Of a stretch of DNA of 64,000 bases, positions 1 through 12,828 are shown piece by piece (position 1 is the first letter of the stretch; each line of letters begins with the position of its first letter). Source of the DNA: the human T2T-CHM13v2.0 reference genome, Homo sapiens. The notes under the pieces are model-generated. The model was not told the origin of the DNA, made no database searches, and saw nothing but the letters and a program-made list of their open reading frames with translations. Position numbers and translations under genes: made by a program. The stretch lies in NCBI RefSeq assembly GCF_009914755.1, contig NC_060928.1, one strand, 5' to 3'.

Positions 1-84
1 ATTTATATTGAAACTCATGTTACTGAAAGTTTTGATTAGTTCTGGAAACTTTTATTTAAACAAAATCTTACAGAGATTTGATAT

Positions 85-230
85 CTTCTTTTCTTTTCTT
101 TCTTCTTTCTTGTAGAGATGGTATCTCACTTTGTTGCCTAGGCTGGCCTTGATCTCCTCCTGGCCTCAAGCAATCCTGCCCTGGCCTCCCAAAGTGCTGG
201 GATTACAAGCATGAGCCACTGCACCCAGCC
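85..230 (-). mobile_element. Free left Alu monomer (FLAM_C-like)
   Basis: Antisense left-arm sequence ending ...gagccactgcacccagcc with a T-rich tail; flanked by gagatttgat repeats (73, 232). Confidence 0.85.
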
Positions 231-327
231 TGAGATTTGATTTGATATTTTCTTTTCTTTCTTTTTTTTTTTTTAGATAAGCATGTAATAATAATTACTG
301 CCTCCCTGCTAGTGGAGAGCTCTGGCT

Positions 328-468
328 CAGCAGTTCTCAACTCTGGCTACACATTAGAATTATTTGGGAGCTTTTGATTTAAAATGATCTGGATCAGGGC
401 CTGAGCATTGTTATTTTATAGACATTTTCCCCCAAGTGATTGCAATGTGCAGCCAGGGTGGAGAACAC
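328..468. mobile_element. MER5-type hAT-Charlie MITE
   Basis: cagcagttctcaactctggctacacattagaat ... tgcagccagggtggagaac termini typical of MER5A/B. Confidence 0.7.
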
Positions 469-811
469 AGCAGATGACAAAATAAGTGAGTAAGTTGCAC
501 TGGGCGATATTGGCAGATCTAAGATTTAAAACTTGTTTGAATGATTATTTATGTGGGGGTGTGTGAAGAGATGTGCATCCAGGGAATACAGTTATATTCT
601 GTCTGCCAACAACATCATTCCTAGTTCACATGATGGAATAAAATAATCAGTATTTTATGGCATACTATAAAGAGTAGTAGAATGTTCTAGATACCTGAGC
701 AGATTTGACCACAGCTTCTTTAGGAGAATCTTCTTATTTTCTGCACTGAATCATAGGCATTCCTGAGTGTAAAGTCATATCACAATCAGTTATTCTTTGT
801 ACAAATGTCCT

Positions 812-875
812 AATTTATTCATTTATTCAATAAACAGATCTTGAACACTTACTGTGTGCCAGGTAGGTGCATTTA
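812..875 (-). mobile_element. L2 3' end fragment
   Basis: ttcatttattcaataaaca...cacttactgtgtgccagg, the antisense L2 tail motif. Confidence 0.65.
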
Positions 876-1257
876 ATATCCAAGCCACTGAATGCCAGGC
901 ACTGAATGCCCAAGGAAGAACTTAACCTTATTCTTAAACTAATATCTTAATATAGATTCTAGCACCAAGTGAGTGATTCTCAGTCCCATAGAGGAGACAA
1001 ACAGGTGCACAAAAGTGGAGGCCAAGGTAACTAAATTTAAATAACTGTACAGCACAGCACCAACCAATCAGAGCAGACCCAGTGACAGTAGTGCCTGCCA
1101 TGGTGAATACCGGCTGTCTGTCAGCTCCAAGTATCGGTAATACGAAGTGCAGTATTTTAAACACCCAAAGAGGAATGTAAACAAGAGGGAGCAGAGAGAA
1201 GGGAACCACTTTTATAATTCCAAATTCATGTTTCCCTCACAGAGGGAGCTGAATTGG

Positions 1258-1970
1258 TGTGGTTGGCTATACCAGTTTTCCATCCTGTCCTGTGTACATA
1301 CCCCTTGCCAAGTGACTGCCGTTCTTCTCCCTGAAGAGGTGGAGTCTGTTTCCTGACTCCTTGGATTCGGGCAGGCCCTCTGACTTGCTTTGGCCAGTAG
1401 AATGCAGCAGAAGTGATGAGGTGCCTGTTCCAAGCTTAGGCTGTAAGACACCTTGGGTAATTCTGCTTGTTCTTTCTCCTCTGTCATCGCTGTGACAAGA
1501 TGCCCCAGATGGCCTGCTGGAGGATGAGAGACCTGGACAAAGCCAAATTGCCCCACTTGCCCCAGACAAGGCTATCCTAGATCAGCTAATAGCCAGCCAG
1601 CACCTACAGTGAAGTTTCTCAGCAGAAGCACTTTGACATTAGGGGTTGGATCATTGTGTTTTGGGGAGCTGTTCATTTTAGGATGGTTAGCATCATCCCT
1701 GGCCTGTACTCACCGGATCCCAGTAGTACCCCCACTGCCAAAGGTGTGACAACCAAAAATGTCTCCAGACATTGCCAGATGCCCCCAAGGGGCAAAACAT
1801 CCTCTGATTGAGAACTTGTGCTCCAGACTTATGAGTGCGTCCAGCTAAGATCAGCAGTGCTACCTAGTTTCTGACCGCAGATACATGAGCAGTAAATGCC
1901 TAGTGTTGTTTACCACTGAAGTGTGTGGATATTTGTCTCATAGCATTGTTGTGGAATAGGTAGCTAATAC
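1258..1970 (+). mobile_element. MaLR LTR (MLT1 family) interrupted by MER20
   Basis: gaagaggtggagtctgtttcc, gacttgctttggccagtagaatg..gaagtga and 3' end gttgtttaccactgaag...gctaataca. Confidence 0.75.
1607..1825. mobile_element. MER20 hAT-Charlie DNA transposon
   Basis: ggatggttagcatcatccctggcct...gtgacaaccaaaaatgtctccagacattgcca...gggcaaaa...ttgagaac. Confidence 0.85.
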
Positions 1971-2059
1971 AGTGATCAAAAACATGGAAACATGGAAGTG
2001 GGAGATGGAACTGGACAATTGGAAGTAGTCCAGTTGGGTGGGAACTTGACAAGTAGATT

Positions 2060-2420
2060 TGTAGGTAGAGTTGGGTTAGTGTGAAGTACAGACGAGGCTA
2101 GAAAGCTAGGGTAGGCTGTATCCGTGGAGAATTTAGGTGCCTTGGTATGAACTGGGGACACGGTTATTCATGGGCGGGGGAGGGAGGGGTGCTGTCAGAG
2201 GTTTTAGTTATGTATTTATAGCCAAGGAAACAGGGCTATGAGTTTGTACTGTAGGCAGCAGTAGGGAGGGGGAATTGGAAGCAGGAGGGAGGGCTCTGCA
2301 GTAGTTCAGTTGATGCATACATAAGGCCTGAATTAGGGAATTAGGAGAGTGATCATAGGTGTGGAAAGGAGGGGAGGGCTTCCAGGCACATTTGGTGTAA
2401 AATGGATACAACTTGGTAAC
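2060..2420 (-). mobile_element. L2 ORF2 fragment
   Basis: Purine-rich antisense L2-like sequence (gcagtagggag..., aggcctgaattagg, gatacaacttggtaac). Confidence 0.5.
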
Positions 2421-2585
2421 CTGTACATTGCTACCTTTGCACATTTGGTTTCCCCTGTCTCAAAGGCTCCCTCTTCTCGAGTGTTGCTCTACTCAACCAT
2501 CAATACTCAGCTCAACACTCAGGGAAGTCTTTTTGGTAGTCTTCCACGTCTCGTGAAGGCAGAGCTTATATGGCTGTCACCATTG

Positions 2586-2874
2586 TTTTTTTGATACAGA
2601 GTCTTGCTACCATCACCCAGGCTGGAGTGCAGTGGCACAATCTTGGCTCACTGCAGCCTCGACCTCCTGGGCCAAGCAATCCTCCCACCTCAGCCACCCA
2701 AGTAGCTGGGACTACAGGTGCATGCCAGCACACCTGGCTATCTTTTGGTATTTTTTAAGAGGTGAGGTCTTGCCACATTGGCCAGGCTGGTCTTGAGCTC
2801 CTGGGCTCAATCGATTCACCTGCTTCAGCCTCCCAAAGTGTTGGGATTACAGACGTGAGCCACTGTGCCCAGCC
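2586..2874 (-). mobile_element. AluJ-type element
   Basis: Full dimeric Alu with gcagcctcgacctcctgggc (J diagnostic). Confidence 0.9.
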
Positions 2875-2964
2875 ATGCTAATCTTTTTATCATTGAATTG
2901 TCCATCTTATATTTGAACTAATAATCAGTTGTAAGTCTGTCTCTTCCATATTATTAGCTGCTAA

Positions 2965-4291
<1,327 letters not shown>

Positions 4292-6094
4292 TACATCGTG
4301 CTTTCTTGGTCATCACAGAATCCTCAGCAGTCAATAAACTTTGAATAAGTGAAAGTGTGGGTATTGGGAGAGTAAGGATTAAGTTGATGCAACATTTTTA
4401 GCCTGACTGGTTGGGCACATGGCAGTGGCATTTGCTGAGATTTGAAGCAAAGCCAGAAGAAAGGGCTGAGCTTGATTTTGTGTTTTAAATATGCAAGGGA
4501 GAAGATGCTAAGTGCGGTTGTAGATATATTAAGTTTGATGCTCTTTTTCTGATTATTCTGTAAGTACAGCGTTGTCTTCAAAGTCCACTCCAAATACTAC
4601 CAAGTATTACTTGGTGTTGATCAGAAGTAGGGTTTCCCCTCAACTTTGTATGCTTGACAATATGATAGAACTTGAAAAAAAGAGGAAATCTAGGAATTTA
4701 AGAAAAAAGTCTGAACAGCATCATTTTGGGATATAAGTGAAGTAGAACTGATAGGAAGGGGAACACATCCTCTTTGCCTGAGGAAGTTGGAGTAGTTCTA
4801 CCTCTGTTATGGCATTTAAAAATTGTATATTTAATTTTTCAGTGTATTTAACTTCTCTTTGTCCTCTTGAAGTTGGGAACATTCAGTTGTACTCTGAACC
4901 AGTGGATATTGTGACCTGGCGCTGTGCCACTTGGGCCAGCTTTTGCTTCCTTAATGAATGCACTTCCTTCATCTGTTAGTGATAAGCAGGCAAGTGAGGA
5001 ATTCTTATCTGCATCTATGGATTGAACATCTGTTTCTATTCCACTGTGTTTCAGTTTTAACTTCTTTGCTTAGAAATTAATGTGAGCAAGTGAGCCTCCT
5101 CTTTTTAAAGCCATTTTGGATTGAGAGTATTTGTTTTCTGAGCATTTTATATGCATTAAATTGATAATTTAGATTTTTTTTCTAATGTTTTGAGTGATAC
5201 AGAAATCATCATCATGGGTTTCCTTAAATTTCTGTGGCAATGGGCTTATTAAAAATGTAATTTTGTGCATGGTGATTTTTGGAGGGATATCAAACTTATC
5301 CTATGGGTGTTCAGTTTTGTCAGAGAGTTATGATACATTTTATTCTGCATATTAAAAATGTTCCAGAAAGGAAAGCAAAAAAATCACCATGGCAACTCAG
5401 TAGAATGCCCTTATTTTGTTTTTCTGAAAGGAAAATTCTAAATCTGAGTAAGAGGTATAAAAAAGAGCAGTGCAGATTGTGTCTCTGGCTTCCAGGAAGT
5501 GAGCTCATAAAAGAATGGGTTTGATGCCCTGGGTGACTCTGTGTTATTTAGGACCCCATTTGTTTTTTCTCATAAGGAAGAGCTATAAAAAGGTGGCGTA
5601 TATATTGACACTACTAAAACAGATCTGCCAAAGAGCCTGTTGAATTTTTCTTTGTAATGCAACTTTTTGGAGCCAACTGTAAGTGTCAAGGCTAAGGATG
5701 AATGGATAGCTGCAGGGGTTGGTGGGGGAAGGTTCTTAAGGTGTCATCACACCACTTTTGACACTTCAACACTGAAGGAGTGCTACTAGGGTGAGTTTGA
5801 TTAGAATGATTCTAGCAGAGTGTCAAAAAAGAAATAATACATAGTCAATGAATTGATACATTGATTAATAGTAAAAAGTAGAATCAAGCCATGTACCATT
5901 TTTGTAGAGAGACTGGTGGGCAGATCAGTTGTCAACATGGCATCCAGTAGTAGCACCAAACTGGTCGTGTAGAACTCAGTGTCTGACCTGTAAATGGTTG
6001 CTATTCCAGGGCTTCTGTTACCCTTCTTGGGGAAGCACCAGAGGACCTACAGGAACATCAGTATTCCTTAGAGGAGGGATGAAGTGCTCAGGCA

Positions 6095-6290
6095 TAGATC
6101 CTGACTGACAAGGCTGGAAGTAGCTTGGGAAAGTTACTTAACCTCTCCAAACATCAGTTTTCTTATCTATGAAATGGTTATGGTTATAACAGCTATCTTA
6201 TAGGGTTGTTTTCAGGAATACATGAGTTAATATGTACAAAAAATTAAAAGAAATGCCTGAAACATAGTAAGCACCAATCATTAGCTCTAA
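6095..6290 (+). mobile_element. MIR
   Basis: Core ttgggaaagttacttaacctctc...cagttttcttatctatgaaatgg; tail gcctgaaacatagtaagcac. Confidence 0.8.
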
Positions 6291-7509
6291 TTATTGAAGA
6301 ATCTACAAGTGATGCTTTTTTTTGGCTGTGACTTTCCTATATTGGATATGTTTATGAAATGGACAGGCAAACAATTAGTTTTTGTTGTTGTTCTTTGGTA
6401 ATTACTTTGTAATAAGTTAAAATGGGATGGGTATAAATGGGGAGGGGATATATTGAAACCCAATTTTCCATGACCTGGCGTCATGTGGGATACTGAGAGA
6501 TCACTGACACATGGAACATTCTGGTCTGTAGCATTTAGGGAAAATATGGATATTTAGCAAAGATGTATCTAAGGGACAGCCTAGGTAACTTATCAGTTCA
6601 ATAGTGAGGTTTCTGATGTGCATGACATCCAGGGGTGAGATTTCTGCTGTTATATGGTAGGAAAAGGAATTGTATGCTGTTTTCTTTACTTTAATTGTTT
6701 TTAGCCAAAGTAGCTGTTATAGCTATATGCTATGGTAAAACACTGCAGCTTTTGGTTGTTAGGAAACTGTTGGGTTATCTGGGCTCTTCTTTTTCCCAAG
6801 TTCTGAAGATGAAGAGCTGCCTATCAGAAGGCACAAAAAGAATAAAACAGTTTGTGGCTTCTGAGACAAAAATTGTTATCTATGACAATAAATAAATACT
6901 CATGCATACTGTATTTTTTAAAGTTAAACAATATTTATTTTCATTTGTCTTATTAGAAATGATGAAAATACAGAAAATGAGAATGTACAGATAACATACA
7001 TGAGAACATACATTGTTCATTCTTTATAGAATGTATGTACATTCCACTCATAATCCTTTTGCACAGAAATCTACTTACATGAACATTTTCTGGGTACATG
7101 CACGTTGATGTAAATGGGGCTCATATGCTTTCTATTTTAAAGTACATTATAAATACATTTATTTTACAATGAATATACATTTCCTATATAATTGAGTAAT
7201 TCATAAAGCAATCAAAGGATAGACCAAAAAAATTATTGAATCATTATTCTTTATCAATGTGTAGATTATTTCCAATTTTTATGAACATGTTCTTAAATAA
7301 CAGGACTGAACACTTGCCAGCCAGGCAGAACAATGAGCCTCCTTCAACCTAAAGGGTTATTTATTTTAACAGAGCCAAGGCAGCAGCTTCTCTGTGCATA
7401 CGCACCTCTGGGAAGACTGTTTTCTGATGAAGGCATGGTTTTATTCAGCATTTGATGACAAATCCACACCAGTTTAGTGAAAGAGATATACTCATGTTCA
7501 GTGATGCAC

Positions 7510-8742
<1,233 letters not shown>

Positions 8743-8809
8743 TAAACATAATGAATGGTATTTGATTATTAAAACATTGAAAAGGAAATTGGTAAGATAT
8801 CTATAGTAC

Positions 8810-9441
8810 TTTTGTGTTTTTTGGCTGGGAGGTGGCCAGAGTGCAACTTTCTTTGGTCATCTCATATCCTGGTTCCTCTGACACCAGCTGCCTCTCCCAT
8901 ACCACCTAAGTTTGACCCCAGTGAGATCAAGGTCGTATATCTGAGGTGAACCAGTGGCAAAATCAGAGCCACATCTACCCCTGGCCTCTAAGATCAGCCC
9001 CCTGGGTCTTTCCCCATCAAGGTTGGTGAGGACATTGCTAAGGCAACCAGTGGTTGGAAATGTCTGAGGATTACAGTGAAACTGATAAGGCCCAATTTGA
9101 GGTGGTACCTTATACCTCTGCCCTCGTCATCAAAGCACTCAAGAAACCATCAACAGATGGAAATAGAAAAATAAACTCAGTAGAAATATCACTTTTGATG
9201 AGATTGTCAGCATTGCCTGACAAATGTGGCACTGATCTTTAGCCAGAGAACTCTCTGGAATCATTACAGAGATCCTGGGGACTGCCCCGTCTGTGGGCCG
9301 CAGTTGTTGATGGCTACCACCCTCATGACTTCATAGATGACATCAACAATGACATGGTGGAATGCACAGCTCGTTAAGTACAGAGGAAAATATTTCAGTG
9401 AAGATCATTTGACAACCAACCAACCAACCAAACAAACAAAA
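8810..9441 (+). pseudogene. RPL12P: Processed pseudogene of ribosomal protein L12 (uL11)
   Basis: From 8899: (ATA)-PPKFDPSEIKVVYLR*TSG, then pieces KVGEDIAKATSGWKCLRITVKL, EVVPYTSALVIKALKKP, NITFDEIV, SLARELSGIITEILGTA, HPHDFIDDIN matching human RPL12. RPL12-like 5'UTR (gtgcaact..gacaccagctgcctc) and 3'UTR (gatcatttgacaac); no introns; start codon lost; stops and frameshifts; decayed A-tail (caac/aaac)n at 9417-9441. Confidence 0.95.
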
Positions 9442-9454
9442 GGACATCAACAGA

Positions 9455-9597
9455 AGTTCCCAACCTGCCTGCTCATCAGAATCTTTTGGGAAATAAAATT
9501 AAATAAAAAAAGAGTCCTGGGCCTGACCTCAGCCTTAGGATTCCTGTTTTCAATGATCTTCCTAGATCATTGGCTAGTCAGGTTGGAAACCACTGCT
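9455..9597. mobile_element. MER5A-like MITE
   Basis: gttcccaacctgcctgctcatcagaatc ... caggttggaaaccactg termini. Confidence 0.65.
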
Positions 9598-10020
9598 TTT
9601 TGTGAGCCATTGCTCCAGATCCTGAACTATTCTGAAAAATACCAAGACAGACGTAGTCAATAGGTGCTTATTTCACCTTCCCTTCTGGTGTGAGCTAAAT
9701 AGATGTCAAATCCCCTGGCTCCCCATGGTTTACCTTGAAAGCCTTTCTTCTCCTACTTAAAGCTAGACTTGGTGCTTCTCTGCATTCACCTTAAGGAATT
9801 GACTCACTGCAGAAGCATCAGCAGCACCATTTTTTTTTTAACTGGAGAGACAAGAAAGTATTAGCTACAGAGCACATGACATTCCTGCTCTCCCAAGTTC
9901 TAGGTGTCCCTTCCTGTGACCCTTCTGCCATCTTGCTGTCCTGTGCCTCTCACTCCACTACTTTCTGAAGCTTGGGTGACCCTGTGTGGTCCAATCTTCT
10001 GCTCTACCTGCATCTCTCTC

Positions 10021-10022
<2 letters not shown>

Positions 10023-10060
<38 letters not shown>
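10023..10060 (+). repeat. (GA)n microsatellite
   Basis: About 18-19 perfect GA units. Confidence 0.97.
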
Positions 10061-10066
<6 letters not shown>

Positions 10067-10298
10067 CGCTCCTCATGCTGGGGAGCCTCTCTGCCTCCCT
10101 GGAATTCCGGGGAGTACAGTTTTCTTTATCTTGTTGATGAGTTACTGTTTGTTTCTTCTGTGTTTATGTGTTCTGCTTAGTTCAACTCAACTCATCAAAT
10201 ACTTCTCATGTAGTGCGTAAGGTCTGCCATGCGTGGTGTGCAATGTTACCAAGGGATGCATTATTAGATGGCATCAAGGCACCTAGGCTTTGGCAATT

Positions 10299-10444
10299 AG
10301 GGTTGCCAGATTTAGCAAAGAAAAATACATGATGCCCAGTTAGATTTGAATTTCAAAAGAATAACAAATTTTTTATTGTAAACATATCACTTTATCTGAA
10401 ATTAGAATCTAACGTTGTATCCTCTATTTCATTGGACATTCCTA
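10299..10444. mobile_element. MER53-like hAT MITE inserted in a MIR (~10270-10570)
   Basis: agggttgccagatttagcaaa..aaatac..gatgcccagtta.atttgaatttca; MIR core resumes at 10505 (ggttacttaacatctct). Confidence 0.7.
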
Positions 10445-10574
10445 AAGTTTCCATCAGACCTGGTTTTCCTTTTGGCTTTTCCACTTGAATAGTTAGGTAC
10501 TCAGTAGGTTACTTAACATCTCTAAACTTTGGTTTCCTTATCTGAAAATTAGGGCAAATATTACCTGTAAGTGT

Positions 10575-10810
10575 GGGCTTCCTTCCTTCTCAGTGGACTC
10601 CAAGCTCATGGGGAACAGTGGTTAGCCCTCTGTGCCAAGTTTAGAACTTATGCTTACATTTTATTGTCTGAAATATAATCAGATGGCCACACCTAGCTCT
10701 AAGAGTGGCTTGGATATGGTCCTTATTCTGGGCAGCCACGTGCCTAAAGTACCAATTAGGGATTCTCTTATGTGGGAAGAACTCGGGAGCAATTAACAGT
10801 GTTTGCCACA
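10575..10810 (-). mobile_element. Old MaLR LTR (MLT1) fragment
   Basis: atggccacacctagct...gggcagccacgtgcc...gtttgccaca. Confidence 0.55.
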
Positions 10811-11269
10811 CACTTTTTTTTCTGTCTACAATACTGTTAAATAAATGCTATTGATTAAACACATTTAATAGAATAAAGGCCACTACCCAGTTGCAACAAA
10901 TCAAGAAATTGTTTGGATCACTGCCAAGGATATAGAGTAGGGGATTATTCTTGGATTCAACTCACTAGCTGACCTGTCCTGCCATATTGGAAAAATATTT
11001 TAATCCTTAAGTGCTCTAGTTTCTTCATTTGTGTGAAGCCTATGTTGACTGGGGTCACAGACATAATTACATCATATAGCTGGTTGCTGATCCAATTGTT
11101 GGCAATTTCAAAACGTGCCACCTGGATTTTATATACCTTCTATTTTCTTGGTGACTAAGTTAAAGTAGAGGTGGATTTTTGCAGAAATTAGGTTCTAACG
11201 TCAGCACATAGAACAAACATTGTGTGTAGTTAAAATTACTGAATGTGGGCTGATATAGTGACTCATTTT

Positions 11270-11790
11270 TAACAGACAGACTAGGGGAAGGGAAAAATAA
11301 TAACTTTACAGTGGAGAAATCTGGCAGACACCACCTTATCAAGTATTCAAGATGAACCTTCCCAACAAGTCATGGTGCTTCTGAAGAGCACTTCATCTCT
11401 GTGGTATTCTTCTCCCAAATCTATGCCCCAGATTAATCATGACATAGCATCAGACAAGCCCAAATTGAGGGACATTCTACAAAGTATCCAACCAAGCACC
11501 CTTCAAAAGTGTCAAGGTCGTAAAAAGCAAGCAAAGACTGAGAAGCTATCACAGATTGATGGAGACTAAGGGGTCATGATAACTAAATACAATATGGACA
11601 TTAGTGGAAAAACTGGTGAAATCCAAGTAAATTCTGTAGTTAATAGTGTTGTACCAATGTCAATTTCTTAGTTTTGATAAATGCACTATGGTTAGATAAG
11701 ATGTTAATATTAGAGGAAGCTGGATAAAGAACATATGAGAACTCTCTTTGCAACTTTTCTTAAATCTAAAGTTATTCCAAAATAATTTTT
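11270..11790 (+). mobile_element. L1MC-type 3' UTR
   Basis: taactttacagtggagaaatctggcagacaccacctt, cagacaagcccaaattgagggacattctac, aaatctaaagttattccaaaataa. Confidence 0.85.
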
Positions 11791-11909
11791 TTAAACTACT
11801 CCTGAAATTCTCTTGAAAATGCCCTATGTTGTGAATGAGAACCATGTGATACCTTGAAAGAAGATTAACATGTCAGGTTTTCTTCCAGCATTAGGGCAGA
11901 TTACTGTTT

Positions 11910-12300
11910 TCTTAATAGGTATTTAACATGAATTTTTCTGGTGCTGGTAATACAGCAGTGAGAAAACAGTTAAAAAAATCTCTGCCCTCCTAGAGCTTAC
12001 ATTCTAGTAGGGATGTAATAAAAGAAATAAGCAAAATGTATTATCTGTAAAATAGTATTAAGTGCTATGGAAAAAATAAAGCAGGAAAGAAAGTATTGGA
12101 GGGTTGATAAAAGTTTAGAGGTCTAAAGATGTCCTCCCTAAGAAGATGACTTTAATGTAAAGACATGAAGGAAGTGAGAAAAAGAGCCACATCAGACAAA
12201 CTCAATGGATATTTTGGAGAAAAGCATTCCAGATAGAGGAAATAGTGTGTGCAAAGGCCCTGAGACAGCACTTGCCTGGTATAACTGAAGAACAGCAAGG
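11910..12300 (-). mobile_element. L2 fragment
   Basis: ctctgccctcctagagcttacattctagt; gcattccagatagaggaaatag..gcaaaggccctgag. Confidence 0.8.
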
Positions 12301-12535
12301 GATGCTGTTTGCTTACTTGAACCACAGATAGAGTAGCTAGTTTTCATTTGGAGTCATGTTGTAGGAAAAATGTGTGTCTTTGAATTAAACTCAGCTTGGT
12401 GAGTTACTTACATTATGAGAGGCATGTGGGAACTCCACCTGATTGAAGGGGCAGTCTTCTTCCATCTCATCTAGGGTCATATGCTTATCCAGTGAAATGG
12501 AAGGCTAAACTCTCCACACTATTGAAAATGTTATA

Positions 12536-12828
12536 GGCCAGGCGCAGTGGCTTACCCCTGTCATCCCAGCCTGTGGGAGGCCGAGGCAGGTGGATCACTT
12601 GAGGTCAGGAATTCGAGACCAGCCTGGGCAACATGGTGAAACCCCGTCTCTACAAAAAAATACAAAAATTAGCCTGGCATGGTGGTGCATGCCTATAGTC
12701 TCAGCTACTTGGGAGGCTGAGGCAGGAATCACTTGAATCTGGGAGGCGGAGGTTGCAGTGAGCCAAGATCGCGCCGCTGCACTCCAGCCTGGGTGAGAGA
12801 GCAAGACTCTGTCTCAAAAAAGAAAAAA
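12536..12828 (+). mobile_element. AluS
   Basis: Full dimer; perfect TSD gaaaatgttata (12524-12535, 12829-12840). Confidence 0.93.

Noticed and set aside
886-910. Short tandem duplications (cactgaatgcc x2; also ggccttcatgta x2 near 49580 and taaccaactag x2 near 62298)
   Set aside because: Ordinary 12-14 bp slippage duplications with no further structure
9054-9242. 62-aa ORF containing EVVPYTSALVIKALKKP
   Set aside because: Frameshifted remnant of the RPL12 pseudogene, not an independent CDS
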